Positions 12,301-27,300 of a DNA stretch of 64,000 nucleotides are shown here, piece by piece. The position numbers were made by a program, and so were the translations under genes. The notes beneath the pieces were generated by a model that had not been told where the DNA came from, made no database searches, and saw only the letters and a program-made list of their open reading frames with translations. Numbering within the stretch: position 1 is the stretch's first letter; the number at the start of each line of letters is the position of its first letter. The DNA comes from Owenia fusiformis (lineage: Eukaryota): the NCBI GenBank assembly GCA_903813345.2, contig CAIIXF020000001.1:45508001-45572000 (forward strand), given 5' to 3'.

Positions 12301-15300
12301 ATAAGTTTTCCTCACATGTTTACTCTATTGTATCTCTGTCACACCAAGGCCCGCACCAAGGTTACAATAAACGACATTTAAATCCCCCTTATATTACACA
12401 GGCACAACCACCTGTATTCACTTTGTCAGCCACAAAAAACAGTCTTGACACAGAAATGCTCAATATTCAGCTAAATACATTACGCATTTTATACAGGCCC
12501 GTACCTAGCGACCCCCTCCCCTTGACCAACAGTTCTTTCAAAATCATGCAGTTTTCACCATCTCGTACATGTATTGACATGTCAGAGCAATATAAATAAA
12601 ACTTTAATCCCCAAGTATTTAATTTTGAGTTTTGTTCACTGATAACTAATCCGTTTGTTATGGGTTAAAGGATTAATATCTACAGCCGATGGTTCTGATT
12701 TCCACAGAAAAACAATTTGCAAATTAAGTTTTTCTAATTTATTGGATTCTTAGTGTCCCTCTTGCTATGATTAATATTGTGTTAAAATTTGGAATTAATC
12801 GATTAACTCATTCAAAAGTTTTTTTGATTTTTAATGAATGACTTTTCTTCACCTTTAATCCACAGTTATTACCCAAATATTGAAAGAAAAAGTGAAAGGT
12901 TAAACTAGGCTCATGAGTATGTTTCCATTTGAGACATAGTATGTGATGTACTCCAGGTACATCAGTATATTAAAAAGTTCAATTTGGCGCATTAGTATTG
13001 TTCAATTTGGCGCATTATTTATGATGTTCAAAGTACATCCTTAAAGTGAAAGATTAAACTTGGCTCATGAGTATGTTTCAATTTGGGGCATAGTATGTCA
13101 TGTGCTCCAAGTACATCAGTATTTCAAAAAGTTCAATTTGGCGCGTTAGTATAGATCAATTTGGCGCAATATTTATTATGTTCAAAGTACATCCTTAGAG
13201 TGAAAGATTAAACTTGGCTCATGAGTATGTTTCAATTTTGGGCATAGTATTTCATGTGCTCCAAGTACATCGGTATTTTAAAAAGTTCAATTTGGCGCGT
13301 TAGTATATATCAATTTGACGCACTATTTATTATGTTCAAAGTTCATCCTTGTATTGAAAGGTTAAACTTGGCTTATGAGTATGTTTCAATTTGGATATAG
13401 TCTGTGACATGCTCTAAGTTCATCAGTATATTGAAAAGTTCAATTTGGCGCATTGGTATAGTTCAATTTGGCACGTTATTTATGATGTTCAAAATACATC
13501 ATTATATTGAAAGATTAAACTTGGCTCATGAGTATGTTTCAATTTGGAACATAGTATGTTATATGCTGTTCGTCAGTATATTAAAAAGTTCAATTTGACG
13601 CATTATTCATAATGTTCAAAGTACATCCTTACATTGAAAGGTTAAACTTGACTCATGAGTATGTTTCAAACGGATATAGTATGTGATGTGCTCCAAGTTC
13701 ATCAGTATATTAAAAAGTTCAATTTGGCGCATAATCATATTTCAATTTGGCGCGTTATTCATGATGTTCAAAGTACATCCTTACTTTAAAAGGTCAAACT
13801 TGGCTCATGAGTATGTTTCAATGGGACATAGTATGTGATGTGCTCCAAGTTCATCAGTATTTTAAAAAGTTCAATTTGGCGCATTATCATAGTTCAATTT
13901 GGCGTGTTATTTATGATGTTCAAAGTACATCCTTACATTGAAAGGTTAAACTTGACTCATGAGTATGTTTCAAAGGGATATAGTATGTGATGTGCTCCAA
14001 GTTCATCAGTATATTAAAAAGTTCAATTTGGCGCATAATCATATTTCAATTTGGCGCGTTATTCATGATGTTCAAAGTACATCCTTACTTTAAAAGGTCA
14101 AACTTGGCTCATGAGTATGTTTCAATGGGACATAGTATGTGATGTGCTCCAAGTTCATCAGTATTTTAAAGAGTTCAATTTGGCGCATTATCATAGTTCA
14201 ATTTGGCGTGTTATTTATGATGTTCAAAGTACATCCTTACATTGAAAGGTTAAACTTGACTCATGAGTATGTTTCAATTTGGGACATAGTATTTGATGTG
14301 CTGTAAGTTCATCAGTATATTAAAAAGTTCAATTTGGCGCATTAGTATAGTTCAATTTGGCGCATTATTTATGATGTTTCAAAGTACATCCTTACATTGA
14401 AAGGTTAAACTTGGCTCATGAGTATGTTTCAATTTGGGACATAGTATGTGATGTGCTTCAAGTACATCAGTATATTAAAAAGTTCAATTTGGCGCATTAG
14501 TATCATTCAATTTGGCGCATTATTTATGATGTTCAAAGTACATCCTTACATTGAAAGGTTAAACTTGACTCACGAGTATGTTTCAATTTGGGACATAGTA
14601 TGTGATGTGCTCTTACTTCATCAATATATTAAAAAGCTCAATTTGGTGCATTAGTGTAGTTCAATTTGGCGCATTATTTATGATGTTCAAAGTACATCCT
14701 CACAATGGAAGGTTGAACTTGGCTCATGAGAGTATGTTTCAATTTTGAACATAGTATGTGATGTGCTCCAAGTACATCAGTATTTTAAAAAGTTCAATTT
14801 GGCGCATTAGTATTTATCAATTTGGCGCGTTTTTTATGATGTTCAAAGTTCATCCTTACATTGAAAGGTTAAACTTGGCTCATGAGTATGTTTCAATTTG
14901 GGACTTAGTATGTGATGTGCTCTCAGTTCAATAGTATATTAAAAAGTTCAATTTGGCGTTTTAGCATAGATAGTTTAATTTGGGGCATTATGAACATCAT
15001 AAATAACGCGCCAAATTGAACTACACTAATGCGACAAATTGAACCTTTTAATATACTGATGAACCTACAGCACATCACATACTATGTCTCAAATTGAGAC
15101 ATACTCATGAGCCAACCCAAGTTTAACCTTTTTAACCATTTTATTCATGAAATTGTAAAATATAATGTACTCTGTAATTACTGAATGCTATGTAATTGAC
15201 AAATATATTGAAATATATGCATATTTTATACTTAAACTTTGTGTTTTGTTCTGTATCGTTTTGTGACACTTGTTGATAAGGTTGATCCGTACTATTATAT

Positions 15301-18300
15301 ATGCTATAAATTGTACATGTAACCTAATGATTTGCATACAAAAATAAGTTTTCGTTCAGTGCAATCCCTCATCCTTCATAATATTTAATCCCGGGGATTT
15401 TATACCGATTCCTTATTGTATTTCATACATTTGAATATTGCTTTCTTTTTAAAATTTAAAAATGCATCACCATCATCAACTTCTGCCACATAATTATACA
15501 ACAATTAATTTTCCTCCAGATGGCTTCACTCTAAACCTCCGACTAGACTAGGGGACTAATTTGTCATAGAAAAGTCAGGATTGTCTCAATTTAAAACTGA
15601 CAGAGAACAAAGATATCACGGTACGCTTTATCTCATTGTAATTTTAACTACACCGAAATTGCTGCTGAATTTTTGGACTAAAAACAAACTTCAAATTAAT
15701 ATGCGCATATTTTACTCAAATCGGAGAATAAATGATTTACCGATTTATATTTGAAATATACCCAAATTTTTCATTCCACTTTTTGTATTGACTTACATTT
15801 TTAAAATTCATTTAAAGTTCATTTAAAATCATATACTTCAACATCATAAAATTTTTAATGACTGAGATCTCAGACATTAAGTTCTTAAGCGAAATGCATG
15901 ATTTTATTTGTTTACATTAGCGCTTAATTGAAAAATAAAATAGGATTAACTCCAAGCAAATTAGGGCACATCAAAGAATATATAGCCTCGCGTATAAGAG
16001 GCGTATAGTTTGTTTTTGAATTACGTAATACATACTATACTCATCTTTTCCATGTACTTATATCCTACTATTCCTGGCTCTTAAGAATAATCGGAGAATA
16101 GTTCAAACGATATTTAGTATCGTAGAGTATATACCACCAATACTAAATGTTCCGCTTCTGAGGCAAGAATAGTTTGTTTCCCATACCGAATACGATATAG
16201 TGAGGACATACTGATCTATATTCACAAAGAGTTTGCCACTTATACGCTACTATATCTGGCTTTTTGCACAGTGGAAGAATATTTCAATTCTGTCAATTCA
16301 AATTATGAAATGGAAATAAATGACATATCTAACAGAATAAAGAAGAGAAATATGAGAATGAGAAAAACATTAAGCAAATATAAGATATTGAGATAAATTA
16401 GAAAGAGTACCTAGCTAGATTACGCGTCATCTAAGAGATCACCTTGCCATGAGTTGGGTAATGGGGAATGCACTATTATTGTGCCGAATGTTATGTTCGA
16501 TTCTTGCTCTTTGGTAGCTGCTTAGTTGATCATTGAAGAAATCGGTCTCACTTCCTCTGAGTTGATTTCACCAGAGGCTTTTAATAAATCAAGCCTATTA
16601 CTAACTTCACCTGCTGATCTGAAGTATGACATTTTATATCACACACCTTAAGAGATCTACATTCTTATGTCTTCCGAGCTACGTGATCCACGATTGAAGT
16701 CCCGGGATAACGAATGGGTTCATTTGAATGATAAATCTGTTATAAAATGGCAAAAACCTAAGCCTATTTGTTCATTTCTCATCATTCATAAACAACTGAT
16801 TCTACTACTCAGTTTACCATCACATATCACCATCTCAGCATATGTTGAAATACGTTTTGAATCATATTTCTGATAAATATACGTACGATACGCTGTGAAG
16901 TCTATCACTAAAATTGGAAAAGTAATAAGAAACATTCGTGTTTTTGCAAACAGGTGGCTCCAAATAGGAATCTTTACTTGATAACCACATAATAACAATT
17001 TTTTGATAAAAAATCTTTTTAATTTTTAAATTAAATTATTACTTCTTTGAAAACTGTTTCAAGTTAATGCCTTTATTCAAATTTTTATTAGCCTGGGAAG
17101 ACATATTCCGACATTTCTAATTCCTTGGAGCATCCCAGAAAAACTTTAGTTAGTTCGCGCAGCATGACTCGATAGTAAAGACTTTCAAGAAACTCCGATC
17201 TCGCGAGTATTGATAAATTCTTATTAACATTACTTCTTTTGACCCGATAGAATATCAATTTCGACCTTTCATATCTAGCTAGTAATAACCTGTAAGTGGT
17301 ATGAGACATAGGAACAGACAAGTACCTAATTTTGTTTAGTCATGGTAACTGAAAACGGAATAATTAAGACAGTATCAGAGATCTATGATATTAACAAACA
17401 GTTATTCTTAAAGACGGTGTGCTTTGCCACTTTCCTACTTCCATAATTGCTTTTAATATTGAAAGTGTCTTAAACAGGAACAGTAATTAACGTTACACAC
17501 GGGAAAACAAATATATTTTCCTCCGATATTTTGCCATCGTTCGAGATTTTTATTCTGGCGAGTGATTTACCGCTAGCATCCTCTAGGACGAATGATACGT
17601 TAAGCGTCTTAAATTGTCTGAAATCCACTAAAACATAACATTTGCATGATATAGGAGGGTACAATGGGTTAGTATCTGTAATTCTCAAGCCCTAATGAAA
17701 TGGCTGGATACCTGAGTGGAATAAGTTAGACGGGGGATCTTTGAACGGTTCGATAACTCAGATCTGATTAACCCCAGAGTCCTTTGTCTCAAGAGGCATC
17801 ATCCAACACAATTTCAATCAGACACTTTGACAAAATAAAATTAACTTTGTCTTTCTAATTAAATTCGTGCAAATTGTTAGAAAGTATCTAGCATTCCGTT
17901 TTTTAACTCAGGATATTATGACCAGTTCAGCGCAAAGTGAATGTTGTTCCATCCGTTATCGTCATAAGTTACTTTGGAAAGCAGTCAAGTACTATTTTAT
18001 GACTAAAATGTTATTTTGACCTAATAACCCCAATATGGTATCTAAGACTATCAGTAGGTCTTGTAATCGTGTTTATCGTATGATCTGTAAAATGAAGCAA
18101 TCTGATTGGTCAGTCCTTGTGCTGTACCAATCTTTTTTGCTACTGAGATTGTCCCCATTGATCATCTCAGTTGCAATACAGAAAATATTGGTACGGAGGG
18201 GACATTCTCAGTAGCAATACAGAGGATCACACTATAAAAACGTTATAGAATGATTTGAAGTGCAATACAGGATGTATTCTGCTCTCGATATTCTGTATTG

Positions 18301-21300
18301 GCACTCGACTTCGTCTCGTTCCAATACGGAATTTCTCGAGCAGAATATATCCTGTATTGCACTTCAAATCATTCAATAACTTATAGTTTATGCATTCAGC
18401 CTTGAATTGAATTGATGATACGAGCGCTCAAAGGACCTTATACACCCTCCATTATGATCTCCCCATGGGAAAAAAATAATTCATCTGATTTTTCAAAATG
18501 AGTATTCTGCTTTAATTATTACATTTATATGCACACTAGTATCTTGTTGACCTAGATTCAGCACTGTAATGATGTATAGGTCACTTATTAGGGTCATTAT
18601 TCAATCATGAAGTGTAGAGGCATATATTCCAAACCAGGAAGTATTTTTGTGTCTGTCAAAATCCATTTGCATCCTAAGCATCCCTACATCTTATCCACAT
18701 ATGTTACTACATAATGAAATATAATAGTATATTCTTTAGTTTTACAAAGTTGTATGATTTTTGATAAGTGTAAAAGTTGTTTTTGGAGCATTTTTCTAAA
18801 GCCATTTTGTAGGGAAAAAAATGATGAAAAAATTTAAGTATGACCTGAATCGATTGCAAACTTCATATTTGCACATTTGATGAGTTAAACCATTTGTGTC
18901 ATACTGTGAAATTATTAAGTTTGCAATCGATTCAGGTCATAGTGTATTTTTGGTATTTTTGTGACAATCAATGGAAACCAATTGAAAATTTGGGATCTGC
19001 TGATATCCTCATGTTAAGTCAATGATGCACAGCCCCATGTAAGTCAATACAACCTTACTGAACTAAATGGCCACTATCTCAGCCTATGTGTGCCCGAGCA
19101 CTTTAATATTTTCCAAAGAGTTATATAACATTCTATTCTTCATGTTACACCTAAGAATTATTTATTTTGACCATAGGGGTATTTGCCAATAAACGCACCT
19201 GGTCCTTTGAACTCAATTTGAAGCTACCAGTAGATATTGTCGTTGACCGTAATGACATTATTGTCTTGCTGAATATCACCGGAGATTTCATGTCCATTCA
19301 CAAATGTAAAAAACATTGGATATAATGAAAAAATCTAGATAAAACATTTCAAATTGATCATGAACCAATAATGTAACCATATACTGTCGTCTATAACTGA
19401 TGGTAATTATAGTTATCTGCAAAAACAGTTAATCTATTGTTTGTTGGTAATTATTAATTGCAGCAGGTTGCAACGTCCTGATCATTCTACACAGCAGTTC
19501 GACATTCAGTCTTGTCATTTCCCTAGGTGACTAAATGACTAAATGATAACTTTGTTATCAGCCTCGGATTTCTATAAAAATTCATAGAACGTAAAATGCC
19601 GATATTGTAAAAAAAAGTTCGAGCCATTCGTCATTTTTTAGACCTTCTTATTGCAGTCTGAATTCTTTGCCTCGATGCTCCCGTATGCATGTCAAGCCTG
19701 CCATGTAAAATATAATTATTTTAGACTGGCAGTGAATTTATAACGTATATCGACAGCATATGACAGCAAGTGAAAAATGAAAAATTGTCTCCCAGTATAG
19801 TCTTGTGATCAAATTATTAAATGATTTCGTTCCCGTTGAATTACAGTGAAAAGATATTGAGATTATAAATAAGGCACGATATGTATATGTATTGCTACTG
19901 AGAATGTCCCCTCCGTACCAATATTTTCTGTATTGCGACGGAGATGATCAATGGGGACAATCTCAATAGCAATTACAGCTTGGTACAGTACAAGCACTGA
20001 CCAATCAAAAGGCTTCATTTTTCCGTTTTATCATACGATAAAAAGAAGTACAAGTGCTTGACCAATCTATCCCATGAGTTGAAGAGAGACGTTGAGGTTT
20101 CGAACTCAGTTCCAGGCCCAAATTTATACTGCGCATTTTGTTCACTGCCATAACCAACATTTTTGAAAATGCATTTTGAGTAAAAATGGTTATAAATAAT
20201 GTTTCTACCTCCATCCCCCGGGCATCCCCTCCCCAAAATTATCTCTAGTAGTACCCGTCCACCTAAAGACACACCCCGTACCTTCCGGATCCAGCGATGT
20301 TACAAACATATACATTAACTTCCAACAATCCCACGTTGCCAATCATCACAAACGCTATATGATTATCGTGAGATATCTCAGCCTTCTCTCAGTTTCCTTC
20401 ATTCTTGTGCATGGCAGAGATGGTGTGGGTATCAGAATACTACATGATAGGTGTCTCTGATTTTGCCAAAGGTACACTTGTAAGTTGCTATGATATCATA
20501 TAATCAAAATACCATATGTATTGTGAATTCCGTAGAATACTTATAATGTTGTTCTTATCATAATTGCCTAAAGCTTGAGGCAAGTACTTGGCATCTGAAA
20601 CATCTTGTATTCCAGGCACATGGATGTTTGATATGCTTACATAACTACAGGTGCAACTGAGATTGACTCAGCACATGTCAGTGTTTTTCAAAAGCTGGGT
20701 AACGTTGGATAAGCGGAATAAACCAGGAGTCCATTTCTCCAAAGTTAGTAAAGTTACGAATAAAAAAGTCTATTGTTGTTTCTGGGATTGATTTAACAAT
20801 AATGACGTCATCTGCGATTTTTATCGTAACTTTTAAGATACTACAAAAGAATCTGGCCGTGATCTATGATAAAAAGTTACAAACCTTCGAGAAATACAAT
20901 TTGCTATTTCGTAACTTTTTGAAACTTACTAAATTAGTGAAGTTACGAATTAGAAACTTTACTAATTTTAGAAAAATAGACTAAAAAATGAGCTCAAAAG
21001 GTATGCCACTCCCCTACCCCATCCATTTTCCAGGCCATTGAAACACGCAAAAATCTCAAATAATGCAGGCATCTTCAGGGGTCGTTTTTGGCCCCGTTTT
21101 GTTTTGAATACCATGTTTCTGCATACCATTTTCTCGGATGTGTCTCAATTACCTACAACAGTTACACTTGTGCTGAACAAAAAAATATTTGGTCATTTTG
21201 GAGTTATTACACCAAAGTAGAGACTTTTATCAATTTCGTCAAAATGTTGCATATGTTGCACAAAATGGCAAATTTTGGTTTTAGACCAATCAAAATCAAA

Positions 21301-24300
21301 TGCTTCCCTATTTTTAACATATAAACTATAATTAAAACCAATAAAATTCTATGTTAGGATTTATCCAAGGAATATGCATGCAAAATGTGGTGACTTAACT
21401 TGAAGAAATGAAGTGAAGAAATGAGTAAATATACAGACTTGGGACTTGTGTTGTCTCGGCTACTATGTACAGTAATGTGAAGTACAACTACAAATTATGA
21501 CAAAATTACATTGTAAGTTATGAATGACATATTTGCTGTATAGCGATGGATAAATAGATGGCAGCACTTGTGTCGGTAGGGCCAGAATGCTATTCATAAT
21601 ATCTAGACAAACCGGCAAAAAGTCAATTAATATCTTGATTTATCAAGTGTCCCTGAAGGCACACGTCTGAGTATAGTTTTTATTCTATCAATATTTTGAT
21701 CGAATTTATTTTGCCTTTGTGCCATACTTCCATTCGTGTCTGTTCGTAATTTCAAAAGGCAATGAAACAACTGGATCCATAATGATATCCTTGTAAGACG
21801 TGTATGTAACACGAATCACTCATTGAAGCATGGTTACACGTAACCAGGCCTGAGTTCCCTCATTAGTGGTAGAATAATTGGTGCTTTTATTGCCTCCGAT
21901 GTAAGGCATGGTAACTTCGAAATACACATTCTTTCATAACTTCCCTAGTTCTAAACCGCCCAGTCAGTGACGTGTTTATGCCTCGTAAACCAACTATCAA
22001 ATGATCAGAAAAAGGCTTATTTGCAGGATCTAACTAGTTAGTTCGAATTGACTTCAAATATGCTGTTTACGTTTAGTTTCTCGTTTTTATTAAACCAAGA
22101 AATCGAATGGTCTAGAGAGATAAAGGTTATTTGTTAGTACCACTGCTGGAGATGGTATTGAATTACCATTTTAATTCGAGGGGAGAAGTAATTGCCAGTT
22201 TTCTGTCTGGTGAGCATTACGCAATAATATTAATATTTAGATTATGTCTTATCTTAAATTCATTTCACGGAAACCTATAAAAATGAAATACAGCGTTCCC
22301 TCCATTATCCTGTTCAGTCGGTGTCCGTATATGTTATTCAATCGAGTATGAAAATATCATTTTAGCGATGCTTTCGGACCATTCTCGTTTTAGTTCCTAC
22401 CTATTGATGCTGCAACTTGGCATTTTCCTTCTACTGATGGTTCATTTAAGCTGAAGGTGCTCACTATTAAACTAATTGGATAAATCTCATCAGATCGCTT
22501 TTTCAATCATTCCCCCGATTTTCAATTTACTAGCAGTGCTCAGTGAAATGGTATCAAAGTATTAGATAATATCTTGATTTAGTTAGACCACTTACCGAGG
22601 ATTAGATTGGGATCTATCTATCAGTTCGGGATAACTAAATTCACCCAATGTTCTTCATGGTTCGTTGGGTTTTCATAGTCAATCAGGCAACCCTACCTAA
22701 TGTCCAAGCTGCTGTCTATAGAATCGGATATTATCATCTAAATAAAGGGCCTGTCCTTTTCTTTCTCAAATTCTCACACGGGGTATTAAAATGATGGAAC
22801 ATCACAGGTGTCATTGGAAATTTGATGATTCCCACTTGATTTAATCAGAGCACAATATATCACGTGTCTGATAAAAATCATGGGTACAGATTACTCTTTC
22901 TTCTACCAACATGAGTTATAGACTAGGTTGATGGATGTATGACTGTCAAGTGTCCAAAGATTGACGTTTAATGCAAAATGGTGTCGCCAGTATTCATTTT
23001 AGCTTGAAGATATTAAAATACGAACGTGATTGGTGCGCCCCCAACTAGTCTGTTACAGGACTAAGTACGAGTTACCTATTTAGAGGCTTTGTAGCACTTA
23101 TCCATGCTTACTAAATCTTTTGACTGAAAAACGATAAAACGTACGTGATAATTTTTTTAACTATCTTTATGGTTATTTAGTTATGTTTCCTAAATCATAA
23201 GAGACTTGTGCCGTGCCCTTAAAGCTTGTAAACTAATATCGAATGCTATTGGGATAATTTGTCATCACTCTTAATGTGATGAAAGGGAATTACTCTTAAT
23301 GAGCATTAAGAAAACATTTTCTGATTTTAGCTAATATGATACAACAGTTTGGATCATTTTATCTTTTGTATTTTCATGAGATCAATTCTGAAATTGCAAT
23401 GGATTGATGCAAAAATCATCTTCGTCTAATCAAGATAAAAACTAAATCTTAAGTCTATTAGGGAACGATTTTTCGATGCCTTATCTGTTCTAACAGCGGT
23501 TTCCATCATTCATCGAATATGAGATCTGCCAATATAATTAGATTTATAAGCGTAATCGAGCCAAGAAGATGGATCCTGGGGTGGTATGAAAATGATATAG
23601 AAATCCAGATGAAATGCCAGGTGAAATCCGAACCAATTTTTCTCATAAAACTTGCCTTATCAAATAAGCCGTCACTGTGAGCGATTCCATAGCATCTGGA
23701 AGTGTGTCTACTATTGATCCATTTGCGGCTTACGACTAATTTGCGACAAATTTTAATGAATTATCATCCGAATGTCCCTTATGGTTTTCCGTTAGTAATC
23801 ACATGAACACTAAATCACGATAGTTTAACGTATTTGTATAATTTTTTATGACTGTGTAAGACACTGGGGAGATACGAATTACTCCTCATTTGTTTATATC
23901 ACAATTTTCGAGTTTTTACTCCGACTTTTATACTTTATACTGTCCTGGGGGATAATAATTCTTGACTTAACTGTAATCTTTTAGCAAATATAACCCTTGC
24001 CGTATTACGTTGAATCATTATTCCATATATCGAATGATCTATTGATCTCTGGGTATTGCGATTTTAAGGCTCTCTTGGGGTCGGTGCTGTTTGATTAATG
24101 TCATGAGTTCAAGACCACATTTCCAACATGTACATTGATTGTTTGAAATATATAAAATAAAGACTCTTCGAGAAACATGGCATTTTTCCCCTTTACATCA
24201 AATTTTGACGCTAGAACTTTATTCCAAATCCTAGAATGAGCGCTTTGGGGTTGCGCCTCACAGATATTGTCGCAATATACTGATATATAACAGACCTGGG

Positions 24301-27300
24301 GCACTTTTTTAGTTATGCTGCATCTAATATTTCTAAATTACATGCAGGCCTACATTACTATACAGGGTGGACCAAAAACGCCACTTTTTTCAGGACACTA
24401 TAACTTTTTTATTTTCCAACCTACTTACCCCTAATTTTGCAGTTTTATAGTGCCAGGGGTTTTAAGTAATAATACAAGTATAATGAAACAAATCCTTCTT
24501 AGATATATTTGCTCTAAAAGAGGGATTCAATTGGTCCGCCATCCTCTTTGATGATAGCTTTTAGTCTAAGTCGCCTTGCTGATATAGCAATGAAATGTTG
24601 GCTAAGTTTCTTTCAACGTCAGCTTTAGCTTCAAGCATTTTGAGATTAGGTGTCTTCATACCACTTCCTGGAGACCTTAGCATACCTATGCTCACTGGAG
24701 TTTGCATCAGGAGGACTATTAGCTTGGTGGTCATCAGGCCATATATCAGTTCAGGAACATTTTGCAAATTATGTTAATTTCTCACGGTACATCACATGTT
24801 TAAGTGAGACGCTGGTGACATATTTTATTCAAGTAAAAGTGTACAATTCATAATCCATGGCTAGATAGCAACCTCAAGTTTCATTTGGGATGCAAATTAT
24901 GATTTGTATCAAAAATTATAAAAATGCTATTTTGAGAAAAGTGGCGTTTATTGGCACACCCTGTATATTTGCATTATACAGGGTGGTCCAAAAAAATTGG
25001 AACATTTGATAATTGAATTCAAAATCGTTATTTTTCCTCTAAAATGCACCAAAATTTTACTGAGTATTGTTCAGTCACTTATTTATCTGATGTAAAGTAA
25101 ATAGGTGAAAACAACAAAGTTAATGCATTAAACTAGACAATGTTTGATATGACGCCTCTTCTCCCGAATTACAAGTTCAAGCCTCGGACTCCGTTTTGAA
25201 ATGATTCATTCAGTTTGCTGTTTGTTTGTTTTTGTCCAAGCAATCTTGATTAAATAATTCAGCTTGTCCAAACTTCTTATATGTTTGCCTTGAAGATAAA
25301 ATCTAGTAACATATTCAACATTTTCTTACCCAAATTGATGGGTATCAAGCATATTTTTTTTATTGGCTATTGTTGGGTGTATTACTGATTGAATATTTTC
25401 AAGAAAGAGGCCAGGGCAGTCAGTTTTGACTGGTAAATGAAGCCCCATCCCCTTTCGTGTTCTAATATGAATAATATTCATTGAATACATCAATATATGT
25501 ATATCAATATCATCCCAGAACACAAATGATATATTATATATGCTTAGAGTTGGTCTTTAATAAAGCCTAGTAAATAACTGTTCAGTTTTCTCTTTACTGA
25601 AAAATGGAAACAATGATTTAGTCACTTTAGTAGCTGTATGGGTTATGCAATCGCTCACCTCTGACATGTTCTTTCTTTCCTACTCTTAAATAAAAATAAT
25701 AATGATTTTGGGTATTCTAAAGTTGACAATAACACAATAGCTTTCTAGTAAACTATAGATGTAAATATCTTTTGTCAACTGAATATGGTTTTATAAAATG
25801 TGTATAGCAATCATCATGTTCATTAAAGCTTTGAAATAAAGAATACTTGAAAAAGTAGCGGCGAAATTGATAAGTGTATATTTAAGAAAAGGGGGTCCTA
25901 TGAAACATTAACTAGTTTAATGATGCATTAACTTTGTTGGTTTCACCTATAAACTTTACATCAGATAGATAAGTGACTGAACTATGCTCAATAAAAATTT
26001 GGTGCATTTTAGAGGAAAAATAAAGGTTTTCCGTTCAATTAACAAATGTTCCAATTTTTTTGGACCACCCTGTATATTATATTTTCACCTTTTTACTTGT
26101 TTTTCTAAATGATAACTGTTCACTGATAAATGAAATAATTATATTTCGGAAACAGAGACATCTTTTGGAACAGGCAGTTTTGTGCATGACGTCATTATGA
26201 GACCCAGACTTCATTCTACTGGTATGGGCCAAGACAGAATTGATCATTCGTTACATTATTTGGTATGTGTGAATATGGAAAGCAGACGGAGGGTGTAATA
26301 CCAGAGATTTAGCTATTTACTGCATCTTTAACATTCCTCACTGGCTAGTTACTGGTACAATTGTTTATGCTACAATTATCACTATGCATTTAACCCTGGT
26401 TAACATTGGGCCCTTACATGTTAACTATCTGTTTAGTGGTGCATGTAATCTTTGTTCAAGTTCAGTCGGCCTATTTTTTACGATGACAAATCGTAGTCAA
26501 GACGGAACGTACGAATCTGACTGCCTCGTCATCCCATAACTGAGTTCAAAATTTTTTCTTTACTTTTCCAATTTCAGAATAACCAGAAGCATGTAGAGCC
26601 TTGTCACTTGGTATATTTTACAAAACTACGTCCACTAAATGGATAAAACAAATATCAGTGATATGATATCACCGTAGCAGGTCGTTCGGTGCCTTCCTGC
26701 CTCGCAGATCCTAAATTCATTTATTCCCTAAAATCAGAACTGAAATTACCTGACTTGATTAAAATTCAGGTTTTAAATAATTGTTCAGTATTTCTTACTG
26801 TTTTGCGCACATTTCTTGACGAGCTATGTTATGCAAATAAAATATCTGCGTGAGAGAAAGCAAGATAGCATAGCACTGAACGAATAGCTAGGAGATTGAG
26901 GTAACACACCACCACAAAACAGATGAATTTCCCGAAGTGCGTTTCTGGATTTCAAACGGTACGCCTGATATCGCTGTCTAACGTTAATGCTGATGGCAAT
27001 TGCAGCATTCAATCTCTGTCTTAGGAAAGGTTCTTGTTCTTTACTTAAAGTGTTTACAATCCCTAGATCTCGATAGCCAATTCTTCACTTGTGTAAGTAT
27101 ACTCAATATCAAGTCTCTATAGATCTTTAAGTCCATCGATAAAAAGCTATCGAAAGGAGTTAAGAACTAAAATGGAATAGGTTTTAATGATCCTAATGGA
27201 TAAATGATGACATTGCAACATTTTAGAATAACATTAAACAAGATGGCATTGCATCATAAATAAACAGGTTTGAAAGGTTACGCGCTAAGGTATATCCAAA

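Larger units (their letters stand above)
9444..16273. mobile_element. Non-autonomous CACTA/EnSpm(CMC)-like element, 6.83 kb
   Basis: TIRs CACTGTGAAAAAAGCCAAATATAGT / ACTATATCTGGCTTTTTGCACAGTG (23/25 match), 3-bp TSD GAA, recurrent subterminal AAACTATA/TATAGTTT motifs. No transposase ORF seen. Confidence 0.75.

Noticed and set aside
12890..15132. CRISPR-like appearance of regular repeats
   Set aside because: Whole 154-bp units repeat with no unique spacers, no cas genes are present, and the context is eukaryotic.
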